Assembly: GCA_964576115.1 (NCBI GenBank)
Contig: CAZNUA010000010.1
Span: forward strand, 1-64,000
DNA from: an uncultured Gemmatimonadota bacterium
GTDB lineage: Bacteria > Blakebacterota > Blakebacteria > Blakebacterales > Blakebacteraceae
Reading direction: 5' to 3'
Length of the DNA: 64,000 nt
A model generated the notes under the pieces. That model saw nothing but the letters and a program-made list of their open reading frames with translations, had not been told where the DNA came from and ran no database searches. This document shows, piece by piece, positions 37,889 through 47,092 of the stretch; position 1 is the stretch's first letter, and the number at the start of each line of letters is the position of its first letter. A program made the position numbers and the translations under genes.

Positions 37889-39907
37889 CTATTTGAACGA
37901 CCGTATCAGGGCGGCGAAACTCCCCGGGGTGGACGATTCTCCGAACGTCAGACCCAGCAGCCATTCCGGAAGGCCCTGCCGCTCGAGATCGGCCGGCGCG
38001 AGAACCCAGCCGAGCGAGGCCAGATCGTACAGTTCCTGCTCGCCCGGATAGCGCACCAGTTCGGCCTTCACCTGCTCCAGCCAGAGGTCGTACCCCTCGC
38101 CGGGTCCGAAAACCGCGCGGTTCAGATTGGTGAAGCTGGAACTCGTCGTCACCCACGGTATGAATTCCCACCGCAGGCCGCGCAGCATCTTCCGGTCCAT
38201 GACGATATCGGCCAGGGAATCGAGATCAGAAAGGTGGCCGCCGCTGCCGAGGGTCGGAGATTGCATATCCAGACCGCGTTCGATCTCCTCCCGGGCGGTG
38301 GCCAGGCGGTCGGCCTCGATCGTCCGACCGACCGTCCGGTAATACGCCTCCAGCGCCTCGCCGCCGGTACCGGTGACCACAACCCCGATCAGATTGCCGA
38401 TCAGGGTGGTGTGTTCATCGAGAAGGAGAAACCCGGCTGAAATAACCTCCCTGAGTGTCTGTTCCGCCTGGGTACGGCGGCCGGCATGCAGTTCCCAGGC
38501 GGCTTTGGCCACGTGAGCTTTGGCTCCATCCACGAAGGCATGGAGGCGTGGAATCGGAAAGGAGGCCCAGGACAGAGTGTCGGGCAGGGGCAGGGTGAAA
38601 TAGGTGCTGATGAAGTCAGCCTCTGCGGCCCGGGCCATGATACTGAATTCGGCATGAGCAGGATTGCCCGCTTCACGTCGCAGAACATCACGTTCCTCAG
38701 CGGTCAGTTCGGCGGTCGGTTTGGAGATGAGATCGATGGCATTCACCCCCCGCAGGGTGGGATTGCGGCCGAACAGCCACGCCTGGGGATAGTCGGTTTC
38801 CGGCGGTTGTACGAAGTCATACGAAACCCGCGAGCCGACATGGTTCAGGTTCCTGAAGGCGGTGCCGGCGGCCTCCGGCTCGATCCCGGCCTCGGCTTCG
38901 AGGCGATAGGGACGCAGGTGTTCGACCTCGATTGCCTTCTCCTGGACTCCCCGGAATCGTGGCAGGGTCTGGGCGAAGTGAAGCGACATGTGCGTGCCCA
39001 TGAAGGTGAAGGTCAGAATCGGGACCAGCAGGATCACGGCGACGGTCGAGATGATCGCAGACGCGATCCGCACCGGGGTGACCCGGCCGGGACCGCCGCT
39101 ACCCAGCACCCCCGGGGCCTCGAAGGCCGCGGACTGCGAACGCCAGCGACCGATCTGTTCTCTCAGATCGTGGGCAACATCCTCCCGGGTCCGTCGGCGC
39201 AGGGTTCTGGTCCGCAGGCCGGCGCCCAGACGGTCCAGAGCGGCGGTGAGCAGGAGCACGCCGATGGGCAGAAGTACGAACCACCACAGGCCGGTCGGAC
39301 CGAGCACTCCCCGGGCGGCCAGAAAAACCCCGAGCACGAAACCGAGAAGCAGCCAGAGAGCGGCGGCCAGGACGGCGGCGTCGGCGATCAGCCGGCGGCG
39401 GAGCAGCAGCTCCCGTTCCGCTGCTGTCAGGCCCTCATAGATCCGGGCGCCCTGGAGAAGGAAACCGGTGTCGCGGGGGCCGTCGGCCGCGACCTGCAGG
39501 ATGGTGAGCCAACCATGCCCCTGCTGGACGGTCCGGTTACCGGTTCGCAGGATGGTGAAGAAACGGCGGAAGCCTTCGGCCAGCAGGACCAGACCGCAGA
39601 CGGTCGTCACGGCCACGATCCAGCCCGCCGATCCGAACACGCCCAGACTGGTGAAGCTCTGTTCGGTGCCGATCGAGACCAGCAGGGGGAGAACCAGCAC
39701 GATGGCTCCAAGGAAGAGCAGGGCATTCGTGCCGGTCAGTCTGCCCTGGATCGGTTCGAGTCCCGGAGGCGGCCAGGAGAGAAAGGGACCGCGCGGGCCG
39801 GAGGGGTCGTCTGTGGGTGTTGATCCGGAACCGGGAGCGGGTTCGGACTCGGAACGGAAATCGGGAACGGATTCGGGAACAGGAGCGGGAGATGTCTCCT
39901 CGGACAT
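37889..39907 (-). CDS. Hypothetical multi-pass membrane protein with C-terminal helical domain
   Basis: GAGGAGG RBS before ATG 39907; Pro-rich N-terminus, about 5 TM segments, long soluble C-terminus. Confidence 0.7.
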   Translation of the reverse strand: MSEETSPAPVPESVPDFRSESEPAPGSGSTPTDDPSGPRGPFLSWPPPGLEPIQGRLTGTNALLFLGAIVLVLPLLVSIGTEQSFTSLGVFGSAGWIVAVTTVCGLVLLAEGFRRFFTILRTGNRTVQQGHGWLTILQVAADGPRDTGFLLQGARIYEGLTAAERELLLRRRLIADAAVLAAALWLLLGFVLGVFLAARGVLGPTGLWWFVLLPIGVLLLTAALDRLGAGLRTRTLRRRTREDVAHDLREQIGRWRSQSAAFEAPGVLGSGGPGRVTPVRIASAIISTVAVILLVPILTFTFMGTHMSLHFAQTLPRFRGVQEKAIEVEHLRPYRLEAEAGIEPEAAGTAFRNLNHVGSRVSYDFVQPPETDYPQAWLFGRNPTLRGVNAIDLISKPTAELTAEERDVLRREAGNPAHAEFSIMARAAEADFISTYFTLPLPDTLSWASFPIPRLHAFVDGAKAHVAKAAWELHAGRRTQAEQTLREVISAGFLLLDEHTTLIGNLIGVVVTGTGGEALEAYYRTVGRTIEADRLATAREEIERGLDMQSPTLGSGGHLSDLDSLADIVMDRKMLRGLRWEFIPWVTTSSSFTNLNRAVFGPGEGYDLWLEQVKAELVRYPGEQELYDLASLGWVLAPADLERQGLPEWLLGLTFGESSTPGSFAALIRSFK

Positions 39908-40015
39908 CGGATACCTCCTCGCGGCGATATGAGGGTTCAATAAGAAGGTTTGAGTACAGAGGCATACGCCGGCGAGTGCAAAGGAAATCTGCACCTGGGC
40001 GGGGGGAGTCGGGGC

Positions 40016-41512
40016 TCAGGTCGCGATCAAAGCGATGATGGTATACAGCACCATGCCGAAACCGGCGGCAATGCTGGCGATCGGCATCTGGGTGGTGACG
40101 TGGTCCATGTGATCCGAACCGGTCGCCAGACTCGAGAGGATGGTGGTGTCGCTGATCGGCGAACACTGGTCGCCGTAGACCGCCCCTCCCAGCACGGCCG
40201 CAAAGCAGAGGGTCATGAAGAGGGGGTCGGGATTGACCGCCCAGGCCAGAGGCATGGCGATCGGAAAGACCACCGCGTAGGTGCCCCAGGAAGAACCCAC
40301 CGCAAAGGCCGTGACCATGCAGATCAGCATGAAGATGGCCGGAAGCATGAAGGGGACGATGATCTCCGAGGTGGTTCGGATCAGGAAATTGGCCGTTCCC
40401 AGCGAGGTCGAGACCCGCCCCAGAGTGACTGCCAGGGCCAGGATGATGGCGCCCAGGGTCACTCCCTTGACCCCGTCGATGAAACCCTCGATGACTTCGC
40501 CGAGCTTCATCCCCTTGATCAGCGCCACCAGCATGCCGGTCAATACGGCCAGAGAGAAAGCCTCGTTGATCGGCACCCGGCCGGTGAGGATGTAGGGAAC
40601 GATCGCCACCAGCAGCAGGGTGCCGATCGGGACGACAAAGTCGATGTTGCCCGGAGTGTAGTCGCTGGGGACTTTCAGTTCGGTCAGTTCCCGGCTCGAC
40701 ATGGTGTGGGCCTCGGGACGGTCGAGCTGACCGGTGGTCTTCACCCGTTCGATGGCCCGCCGCATCTTGCCGAAAACGAATGGATTGACCTCCAGCGCGA
40801 AGCTGTAGGTGAACAGCACCGCGAAGATGCCATAGAAATTGAAGGGAATCGCCCTGTAGAAGAAGGCCTGGGCGGTAGTCGCATCAGCCAGCAGGGGAAT
40901 CGTGCCGGCCACCAGACCGGCTACGTAACTCGGCCAGACGTTGAAGGGGAGCACGGTGGCGATCGGTGAGGCGGTCGAGTCGATGATGTAGGACAGTTCC
41001 TCATGGCTGACCTTCGCCTCATCGCAGACCGGGCGCACCGTCGAGCCGGCCAGGATGGTGCTGATGGTGCCCCCCTGGTGGAAGATGGTGCCCATCAGAC
41101 AGCCGAAGAGCTTGGCGGTGCGGCGCCCCCGTACGATATGGGCACCCAGCCAGCGAGCGAAATGCTGGGCCCCGCCGGTGCGCGTCCAGAGCCCGATCAA
41201 GCCCCCCAGGCACCACAGGTAGACCAGCAGGATCTGGGCGAACGACTCGGTTCCCACCGCCGGCAGGAGGTAGTCGGCGATGATGTTGAACTGCCCCGAG
41301 ACGATCCCACCGGCCGCAATCCCGATGAATAGCGCCGAGACGACTTCCTTGGTCAGAAAGCAGAGGACAAGCGTCAGGGCGGCGGGAACGATCGACCAGA
41401 TGCCGAAGTCTTCCTGCCCCGGGACCTGGCTGATGAGATTGGTGTTGGTACGAAGGTAGAGCAACAGGCCCAGCCCGAGAAAGGCAAGGGCCCATTTGAG
41501 GCTCCGGCTCAT
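40016..41512 (-). CDS. Na+/H+ antiporter NhaC family protein
   Basis: VS.EELSYIIDSTASP, GSSWGT, GDQCSPISDTTILSS, DHVTTQ.P. Confidence 0.9.
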   Translation of the reverse strand: MSRSLKWALAFLGLGLLLYLRTNTNLISQVPGQEDFGIWSIVPAALTLVLCFLTKEVVSALFIGIAAGGIVSGQFNIIADYLLPAVGTESFAQILLVYLWCLGGLIGLWTRTGGAQHFARWLGAHIVRGRRTAKLFGCLMGTIFHQGGTISTILAGSTVRPVCDEAKVSHEELSYIIDSTASPIATVLPFNVWPSYVAGLVAGTIPLLADATTAQAFFYRAIPFNFYGIFAVLFTYSFALEVNPFVFGKMRRAIERVKTTGQLDRPEAHTMSSRELTELKVPSDYTPGNIDFVVPIGTLLLVAIVPYILTGRVPINEAFSLAVLTGMLVALIKGMKLGEVIEGFIDGVKGVTLGAIILALAVTLGRVSTSLGTANFLIRTTSEIIVPFMLPAIFMLICMVTAFAVGSSWGTYAVVFPIAMPLAWAVNPDPLFMTLCFAAVLGGAVYGDQCSPISDTTILSSLATGSDHMDHVTTQMPIASIAAGFGMVLYTIIALIAT

Positions 41513-41527
41513 CCGGCTCGGGAGATC

Positions 41528-41863
41528 CTAGAAGTCGGCGGCGGCCCGGTCGGCCGAGCCGTAGATTTTGAAGACAGAATCGAGTTTGGCGATCGAGAAA
41601 AGGCCGCGCGCTTTGTCCTGCAGGCCGGCGATCTTCAGTTCCCCGCCGGCGTTCGAGAGAGTGGTGCTCGAGGCCATGATCGTGCCCAGGCCGGTCGAAT
41701 TCAACCAGCTCACTTTGGCCATGTCGAAGACGATCTTCTGTACTCCCTCCTCGACCAGCTCCTTGATCTTCTCGTGGATGGCGGTCGTCTCAGGCCCTCC
41801 CATCAGCTTGCCCTTCAGGACCACGACCGCAACATCATTGATCATCTTGTGATTGATAGCCAT
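41528..41863 (-). CDS. STAS-domain anti-sigma factor antagonist
   Basis: LKGKLMGG, IVFDM.KVSWLNSTGLG, GG.LKI, LF.I.KLD.VF. Confidence 0.88.
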   Translation of the reverse strand: MAINHKMINDVAVVVLKGKLMGGPETTAIHEKIKELVEEGVQKIVFDMAKVSWLNSTGLGTIMASSTTLSNAGGELKIAGLQDKARGLFSIAKLDSVFKIYGSADRAAADF

Positions 41864-41988
41864 TGACGAGCTCTCCACGTTTTCGCCCGACTGTCTGTTC
41901 GGGCTGCATACCTGTCGTGCGTGGGGCGAGTCTACCGGTCGCCCCGCTCCCGGTCAAGGTAGCCGATGACACTCCGGTTCGGGATCGC

Positions 41989-42219
41989 TCAAAAGACCAC
42001 CAGGGTCATGGTCTTCTCGATCCCGTCCATCTTCCGTACTTCATCCTCAACGATCTCGGCGATCCGGGCGTAGTCTTCGGCTTCGACTTCGACGATCGCA
42101 TCGTAAGGACCGGTCACCATGTAGGCCGATTTGATGTGGACGGCTTCTCTGAGCCGGGCGACGATTTCACTCACTGCCCCCGGTTCGACATTGACGAGAA
42201 CGAAAGCTTTTGCTGACAT
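41989..42219 (-). CDS. Stand-alone Lrp/AsnC ligand-binding domain protein
   Basis: AFVLVNV.PG, VTGPYDAIV, GIEKT.T; 76 aa with no HTH. Confidence 0.88.
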   Translation of the reverse strand: MSAKAFVLVNVEPGAVSEIVARLREAVHIKSAYMVTGPYDAIVEVEAEDYARIAEIVEDEVRKMDGIEKTMTLVVF

Positions 42220-42318
42220 GACATTCCGCTCGTTCTGCTGGGTGTGGTTTCAGGCTACACTCATCAGCAGTGGAACATGTCGTTTGAACGCGCCCGGAGC
42301 AAGACAAAGGAGAGCGCG

Positions 42319-43068
42319 ATGCCCCGCCCGGTAACCGGAATCCTCCTGCTGGGTTCCCTTGTCTGCCTGCTGACCCTTCCCCGTGCTGCGGCCCAGGAGG
42401 AGGAAGGTTTCTTCCCCCCGCAGCAGATCGGAGCCGGGGGTGGAGCGGCGATGATGCTGGCTCAGATCTCCCTGCCCACACTCGATGCCCGCTTCGCCGA
42501 TCTCGGGCTGGAGACTCTGCCCGAATGGATGCCCCTCTACGGTGCGGAGGGGATCGTGAATATCGGCCACCTGCTGATCGGTTACGCGGGCTACGGAGGG
42601 CGGGTGCGTTCCGAAGCCACCGCAGGCGGGATCTACCGCGAAAGTCAGGTCTGGCTCAACTACTCCACGATCGTGGTGGGTTGGGTCAAGGCGGCCGGTA
42701 AGTTCAAACTCAGTCTCGGGGGGGCGATCGGGGGGGGATCGCTGCATGTCCGGGCCATCCGCCGTCCCGCGAGCGGTTCGTCGTGGAGCGATCTCTGGGC
42801 GCCCTATTCAACCTCTTTCTCCGGTCCGGTTTCTGCGGCCGATCTGGAAACCGCAACACACCTCGAAGGGACCTTCTTCAGCCTGGCACCGCGGGTGGGA
42901 GTGCGGTGGTGGTTCATGCCCTTTCTGGCTTTTGATCTCGGCGTTTCATACCGGTTGGGGACGATCGGGGCGGGGAAGATGCGGGCCGACGGACGCCGGG
43001 TGCCGGGTTCGCCCGAGTTCGATCTGTCGGGAATGAGTATACGGGCCGGTCTCTTCCTCGGCTTCTGA
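42319..43068 (+). CDS. Probable small outer-membrane beta-barrel protein
   Basis: AAGGAG RBS, signal peptide (AAA-Q), Gly-rich beta-strands, C-terminal GLFLGF. Confidence 0.6.
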   Translation: MPRPVTGILLLGSLVCLLTLPRAAAQEEEGFFPPQQIGAGGGAAMMLAQISLPTLDARFADLGLETLPEWMPLYGAEGIVNIGHLLIGYAGYGGRVRSEATAGGIYRESQVWLNYSTIVVGWVKAAGKFKLSLGGAIGGGSLHVRAIRRPASGSSWSDLWAPYSTSFSGPVSAADLETATHLEGTFFSLAPRVGVRWWFMPFLAFDLGVSYRLGTIGAGKMRADGRRVPGSPEFDLSGMSIRAGLFLGF

Positions 43069-43266
43069 GCGGATTTCTCGCTCCGTCTCGGCGTTGGATT
43101 TCCTCGCCGCTTGTGCGACGTACCGGCGTACGTCTCCGCGCGGCTCGTCATCCGCCTTGATACGGAGCGAGATCTCCGGCTCAGAATATCGTGGGATCTC
43201 TCACACCGTCTCGGCGTTGGATTTCATCGCCGCTTGTGCGACGTACCGACGTACGTCTCCGCGCGG
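43063..43266. repeat. Palindromic element (124 bp) plus adjacent partial second copy
   Basis: TTCTGAGC..CTCGCTCCGT / ACGGAGCGAG..GCTCAGAA arms (43063-43186); core 43083-43143 repeated at 43206-43266 with 2 mismatches. Confidence 0.88.
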
Positions 43267-43268
43267 GA

Positions 43269-44306
43269 TCAATATACCGAGGCTTCTTCGACGATGACCT
43301 CGTCCTCGAGTTCGTCGGGGGGCGGTCCCGCCGGGGTGACCCAGCGGGGCATGTTCATGGCGCCCCGGTAATAGGCCATCTGCGAACCAAGGTACACCAT
43401 CCGGATCCAGATCGAGGCCAGGATGAAGAACTGCTGTACGGCGAAGAGAACAAGCAGCTGAAAAGTTCCGGCGCCTCCTCCCAGCGGCACGAGCAGGCCG
43501 TACACCGTGGCCAGCACGGCCGCTACCAGAGTGGTGAGGTAAAACAACCCCAGCACGCGGCCCGGCTGGCGCAGAACGAATCCGAAAGCCCCGAACACCG
43601 CCGGGATCAACCCGAGGCGGTCCCAGGCGACTGCCGCCACCCGGGCGTAATCCATTGTCATGTGCACGAAGAAAGCCAGGAAGACCAGTACCACGGTACC
43701 GCCCCAGTCGACCAGAACGGGGGTCCATTCGGTGCCCGCACTGCCGCGCAGGCCTGCGACGAGCCGGCTGTGGATCGGGGCCAGAACGCCCCAGAGCAGC
43801 CAGTAGAGCAGGTAGGCGACGATGAGAATCCCCACCAGGATGGCGAAGAACCGGCCCGCCCGGTCGAAAAAGAACCGGAATGAAAAGCGGGCCCTCTCGT
43901 CGGCATACAGCCCCAGAACTCCCCCGATCAGCAGGGTATTGACGAGCAGGTAGAGCACTCCCAGAACGAAGAGGCCCACTGGCAGATCGGGCAGGAAGCT
44001 GCCCCGCACGTAGGCTTCGAAATTGCGCAGCAGCGGCCCCAGCCCCTGCTGCCAGGTAGTGACAGTGCCCGCCAGATCGCCCTCGGCCTCATGCTCGGCC
44101 CGGAATTCCTGGTGCCAGAGCCAGTCGAAACCGTCCGCCATGCGTGCCGCCGACTCGGTCCGGCTGAGCGAGCCGTCGATCTGTTCGGCGACCGGCAGGG
44201 CGACCGCGGCGACCAGCAGGAGGTTGATGATGTATATCAACAGCAGTGCCCGCCAGTGACGGGTCGCCATTCCCATGCCTTCGGTCAGAGCTCTCAGAAC
44301 CGTCAT
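43269..44306 (-). CDS. Hypothetical multi-pass membrane protein, downstream partner of the M1 peptidase
   Basis: About 6 TM segments; begins 20 nt after the M1 gene on the same strand. Confidence 0.75.
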   Translation of the reverse strand: MTVLRALTEGMGMATRHWRALLLIYIINLLLVAAVALPVAEQIDGSLSRTESAARMADGFDWLWHQEFRAEHEAEGDLAGTVTTWQQGLGPLLRNFEAYVRGSFLPDLPVGLFVLGVLYLLVNTLLIGGVLGLYADERARFSFRFFFDRAGRFFAILVGILIVAYLLYWLLWGVLAPIHSRLVAGLRGSAGTEWTPVLVDWGGTVVLVFLAFFVHMTMDYARVAAVAWDRLGLIPAVFGAFGFVLRQPGRVLGLFYLTTLVAAVLATVYGLLVPLGGGAGTFQLLVLFAVQQFFILASIWIRMVYLGSQMAYYRGAMNMPRWVTPAGPPPDELEDEVIVEEASVY

Positions 44307-44325
44307 GGTGTCACCTCACCCCCGG

Positions 44326-46356
44326 CTAGCTGATGAAGGAGAAGAACTCGAGGACGGACTGTACCCAGAAGATCCAGCGCAGGACCAGCTTCCAGGTACC
44401 CCGGCGATCGGGGGTCCGCAGCCAGGAGTTGTTGGTGCGGTTGATGTCGAGGACGAGTTTTTCGGCGGGATCGATCACCACCGTATTGACTCCCGCCTCC
44501 CGCTCGTAGTGGAAGGTGACCGTCCGGTCCCGACCGTTCCAGCGTTCGATGATCTCCTCCCCGTCGCTGAACCCGACCAGCACCTCCACCGGCAGAATCA
44601 TCTCGCCCTGCCTCAGAATGGTCACCTCACTCAAGTATCCCCCGGCTGCGGCCTCCGGCACCGCCGGAGTCCATTCCGGTCCTCCTTCGGGCGCGGTGGG
44701 CGGCCGCTCGAGCGATCCGTGCGGTGCAGACCGGGGACGATTGGAGATCGGACCGACGGCGTAATCGATCACCTGGGCGTCGTTGTAGAACTGATCGAAG
44801 AATTCTCCCAGGTCGAGGTCGGAGACCTCGATCGCCACCTCGAAAAAATCCTCGGGGGTCGGGTGGCGAAACTTGTACCGGTCGTAATAGGTCGCGAGGA
44901 CGCGCTGCCAGGTCTCCCAGCCGAGGAAGGCTTCCATTGTCCAGTGGAACAGCTCGCCCTTGTTGTAGGCGTTACCCCCGTAGGAAAGACGCTTCAGGTA
45001 GCTCGGACGGCTCAGCGGCTCCAGGGTGGCGATGCGGCGGTATCCGGGGGCGGCTCCCCAGCGGAAGGGGATTTCCACCTCGTCGAACACGACCGGCAGG
45101 TTGAAAAACGTCATCATCTCCCTGTTGGGGCCGTAGGCCACGTCCTGCACCCGCGATTCCGAATAGGAATTGAAACCTTCGTCGAGCCAGGCATGAACAG
45201 TTTCGTTGTTGCCGACGATGCCGTACCAGTACCCGTGACCGAACTCGTGGACCGTGACTCCTTCGGGACGCAGAACGCCCCGGGCGGGGAAGAGGCCGGT
45301 ACCGCCGGTGAAAAAGGTGGGGTACTCCATCCCGCCGGCACGGGAATTGTAAGCCGGATCGACGCAGGTGGCAGTGGTGTAGGGATAAGGCCCGAACCAT
45401 TCGCTGTAATACTTCACTCCGTATCTGACCGCCTGCAGGTAGCGTTCGGCCTGGCGCTTGTGTTCGGGACACAGCAGCAGGGTCAGCGCCACCGTGCGGC
45501 CCGGCATGAATTCGTAATCCTCGGTGTAGACCAGGTATTTCGGCCAGGCGGTCCAGGCGAAGTCATGAACCATCTCCTGACGGAAGCGATGGGTGGTGGT
45601 TCCGTCGGCGTGCACGTCGGGACGTCCCACCAGTTCGCCGGTCGCACCGACAACGCAGTTGCTGGGTAGGCGCAGGGAGACATCGTAAGTACCGTGATCG
45701 GCGAAGTACTCCACCGGGAAATACTGATGGGCTTCCCACCCCTCGTCGGTCAGGACTCCGATCTTGGGGAACCACTGAGCCATGAAGTAGTAATCGCCGA
45801 TGTACCCTGTCCGGGAAATCGGCCGGGGGACCTTCACGGTGAATTCCAGGTCGAGCCGGACCTCACCCCCGGCCGGCAGCGGATGAGGCAGCTCGAGCCG
45901 GAAGAGGGTCTGGTCCCAGGGATTGCCGTCGTCGGGCTGGATGTAGGCGAAGGTCTCCAGGATGTCTTCGCGGCCGAAGAACATGTTGGGCAGTACCTCG
46001 GCGCCGGTGACCTGGAGCCAGGCCAGTCTCTCGTCACTGATATCGGCGGGCAGTCTGCCGCCGGCCAGCGTCAGCCAGGTGCTGCCGTCGGTCTTCCAGG
46101 CGTTGTAATACGCGTGGAACCACAGCTCGGTGACCGGATTGCGGGTGGCGTTGCGGAAGGTCAGTATTTCGTTCCCGCTTACGAGATGAGTTTCGGTGTC
46201 CAGGGTGACATCCATCTCGTAGGAGGCGATCGGCCGGAAGGTCGGATCGGGAATGGCCACTCCGGTCGGGAGTTGGGCTCGAACCGGGGCGAGAGTCAAC
46301 AGAGAGGTCAGAACAACGGCCAGAGTGGTGATCGTGAGGGGAGGGCGAAATGTCAT
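44326..46356 (-). CDS. M1 family aminopeptidase, exported
   Basis: AQWFPK, GPYPY, GGMEYP, HEFGH..WLDEG, Y.KG, IDP...LDI...NN. Confidence 0.93.
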   Translation of the reverse strand: MTFRPPLTITTLAVVLTSLLTLAPVRAQLPTGVAIPDPTFRPIASYEMDVTLDTETHLVSGNEILTFRNATRNPVTELWFHAYYNAWKTDGSTWLTLAGGRLPADISDERLAWLQVTGAEVLPNMFFGREDILETFAYIQPDDGNPWDQTLFRLELPHPLPAGGEVRLDLEFTVKVPRPISRTGYIGDYYFMAQWFPKIGVLTDEGWEAHQYFPVEYFADHGTYDVSLRLPSNCVVGATGELVGRPDVHADGTTTHRFRQEMVHDFAWTAWPKYLVYTEDYEFMPGRTVALTLLLCPEHKRQAERYLQAVRYGVKYYSEWFGPYPYTTATCVDPAYNSRAGGMEYPTFFTGGTGLFPARGVLRPEGVTVHEFGHGYWYGIVGNNETVHAWLDEGFNSYSESRVQDVAYGPNREMMTFFNLPVVFDEVEIPFRWGAAPGYRRIATLEPLSRPSYLKRLSYGGNAYNKGELFHWTMEAFLGWETWQRVLATYYDRYKFRHPTPEDFFEVAIEVSDLDLGEFFDQFYNDAQVIDYAVGPISNRPRSAPHGSLERPPTAPEGGPEWTPAVPEAAAGGYLSEVTILRQGEMILPVEVLVGFSDGEEIIERWNGRDRTVTFHYEREAGVNTVVIDPAEKLVLDINRTNNSWLRTPDRRGTWKLVLRWIFWVQSVLEFFSFIS

Positions 46357-46427
46357 GTCAATGCCTCGCAGCTGGTGAAAGGCGCATCCCGACAGCAATT
46401 CAGGGAATGATCGAGGACTCGCCCGGC

Positions 46428-46457
46428 ATTATCCCCGTCCGATTTCCGGAGTGTCAA
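46428..46457 (-). promoter_or_regulatory. Putative sigma70 promoter for the M1 operon
   Basis: Minus strand TTGACA-18 nt-GATAAT. Confidence 0.55.
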
Positions 46458-46564
46458 GGCGCGCCCCCCGGTTGACCGGACCACATCCGACCGGGTAGGC
46501 TGGAAGAGACGATTTCTCAAATGGGTTTCTCGACCCGGGTTTCGGGCAGGGAGTGAAAAGAGCG

Positions 46565-47065
46565 ATGAAACAGATGTCAACAGGTCTGGTCGTCACGGTT
46601 GCGGTCGGGGCGTGCGCCCTGATGCTCACAGCCTGCGGTGGAGGAGGAGATTCCGCAGCCTCGGATACCGCCGGTACACCCGCCGCCGAGCCTGAAGCAG
46701 CCGCCCCGGCCAGCGAGCCGGAACCGGCTGAGAGCGAACCGACTCCCGCCCAGGCCGAGCCCGCCGCTGAAGCCCGGGTCGTTCGTGAGCAGGAGGAAAG
46801 CCCCTACGGCTTCTATACCGTCCAGGTATCCTCCTGGCAGACCGAGCGCAAGGCCCGCCAGCAGACCGAGCACTACCGGAGCCTCGGACTGGAAGCCTAT
46901 GTTCAGCGAGTGGATCTGGAGGACAGGGGGATCTGGTACCGGGTCAGAATCGGTCGCTATCCCTCGCTCACCGAGGCCCGGCGTGCCGCCGCCGCGCTCA
47001 GGGACATCCCCGAGTCTGAAACCTGGGTGGATAACTTCCGATCGGGGACTCTGCCGCCGCCCTGA
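46565..47065 (+). CDS. SPOR-domain lipoprotein
   Basis: Lipobox LTAC, Pro/Ala/Glu linker, YTVQVSSW, WYRVRIGRY..EA. Start could be 46553, 46565 or 46574. Confidence 0.88.
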   Translation: MKQMSTGLVVTVAVGACALMLTACGGGGDSAASDTAGTPAAEPEAAAPASEPEPAESEPTPAQAEPAAEARVVREQEESPYGFYTVQVSSWQTERKARQQTEHYRSLGLEAYVQRVDLEDRGIWYRVRIGRYPSLTEARRAAAALRDIPESETWVDNFRSGTLPPP

Positions 47066-47092
47066 TCGCGGGTCGGTTCGCCGACCGACGGT

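Noticed and set aside
39820-39900. Short imperfect repeats (tcgggaacgga-like)
   Set aside because: They encode the Pro/Glu/Ser low-complexity N-terminus of the 37889-39907 protein.
43094-43297. 67-aa ORF with duplicated ACATYRRTSPRG
   Set aside because: Translation of the DNA repeat; no RBS or other coding evidence.
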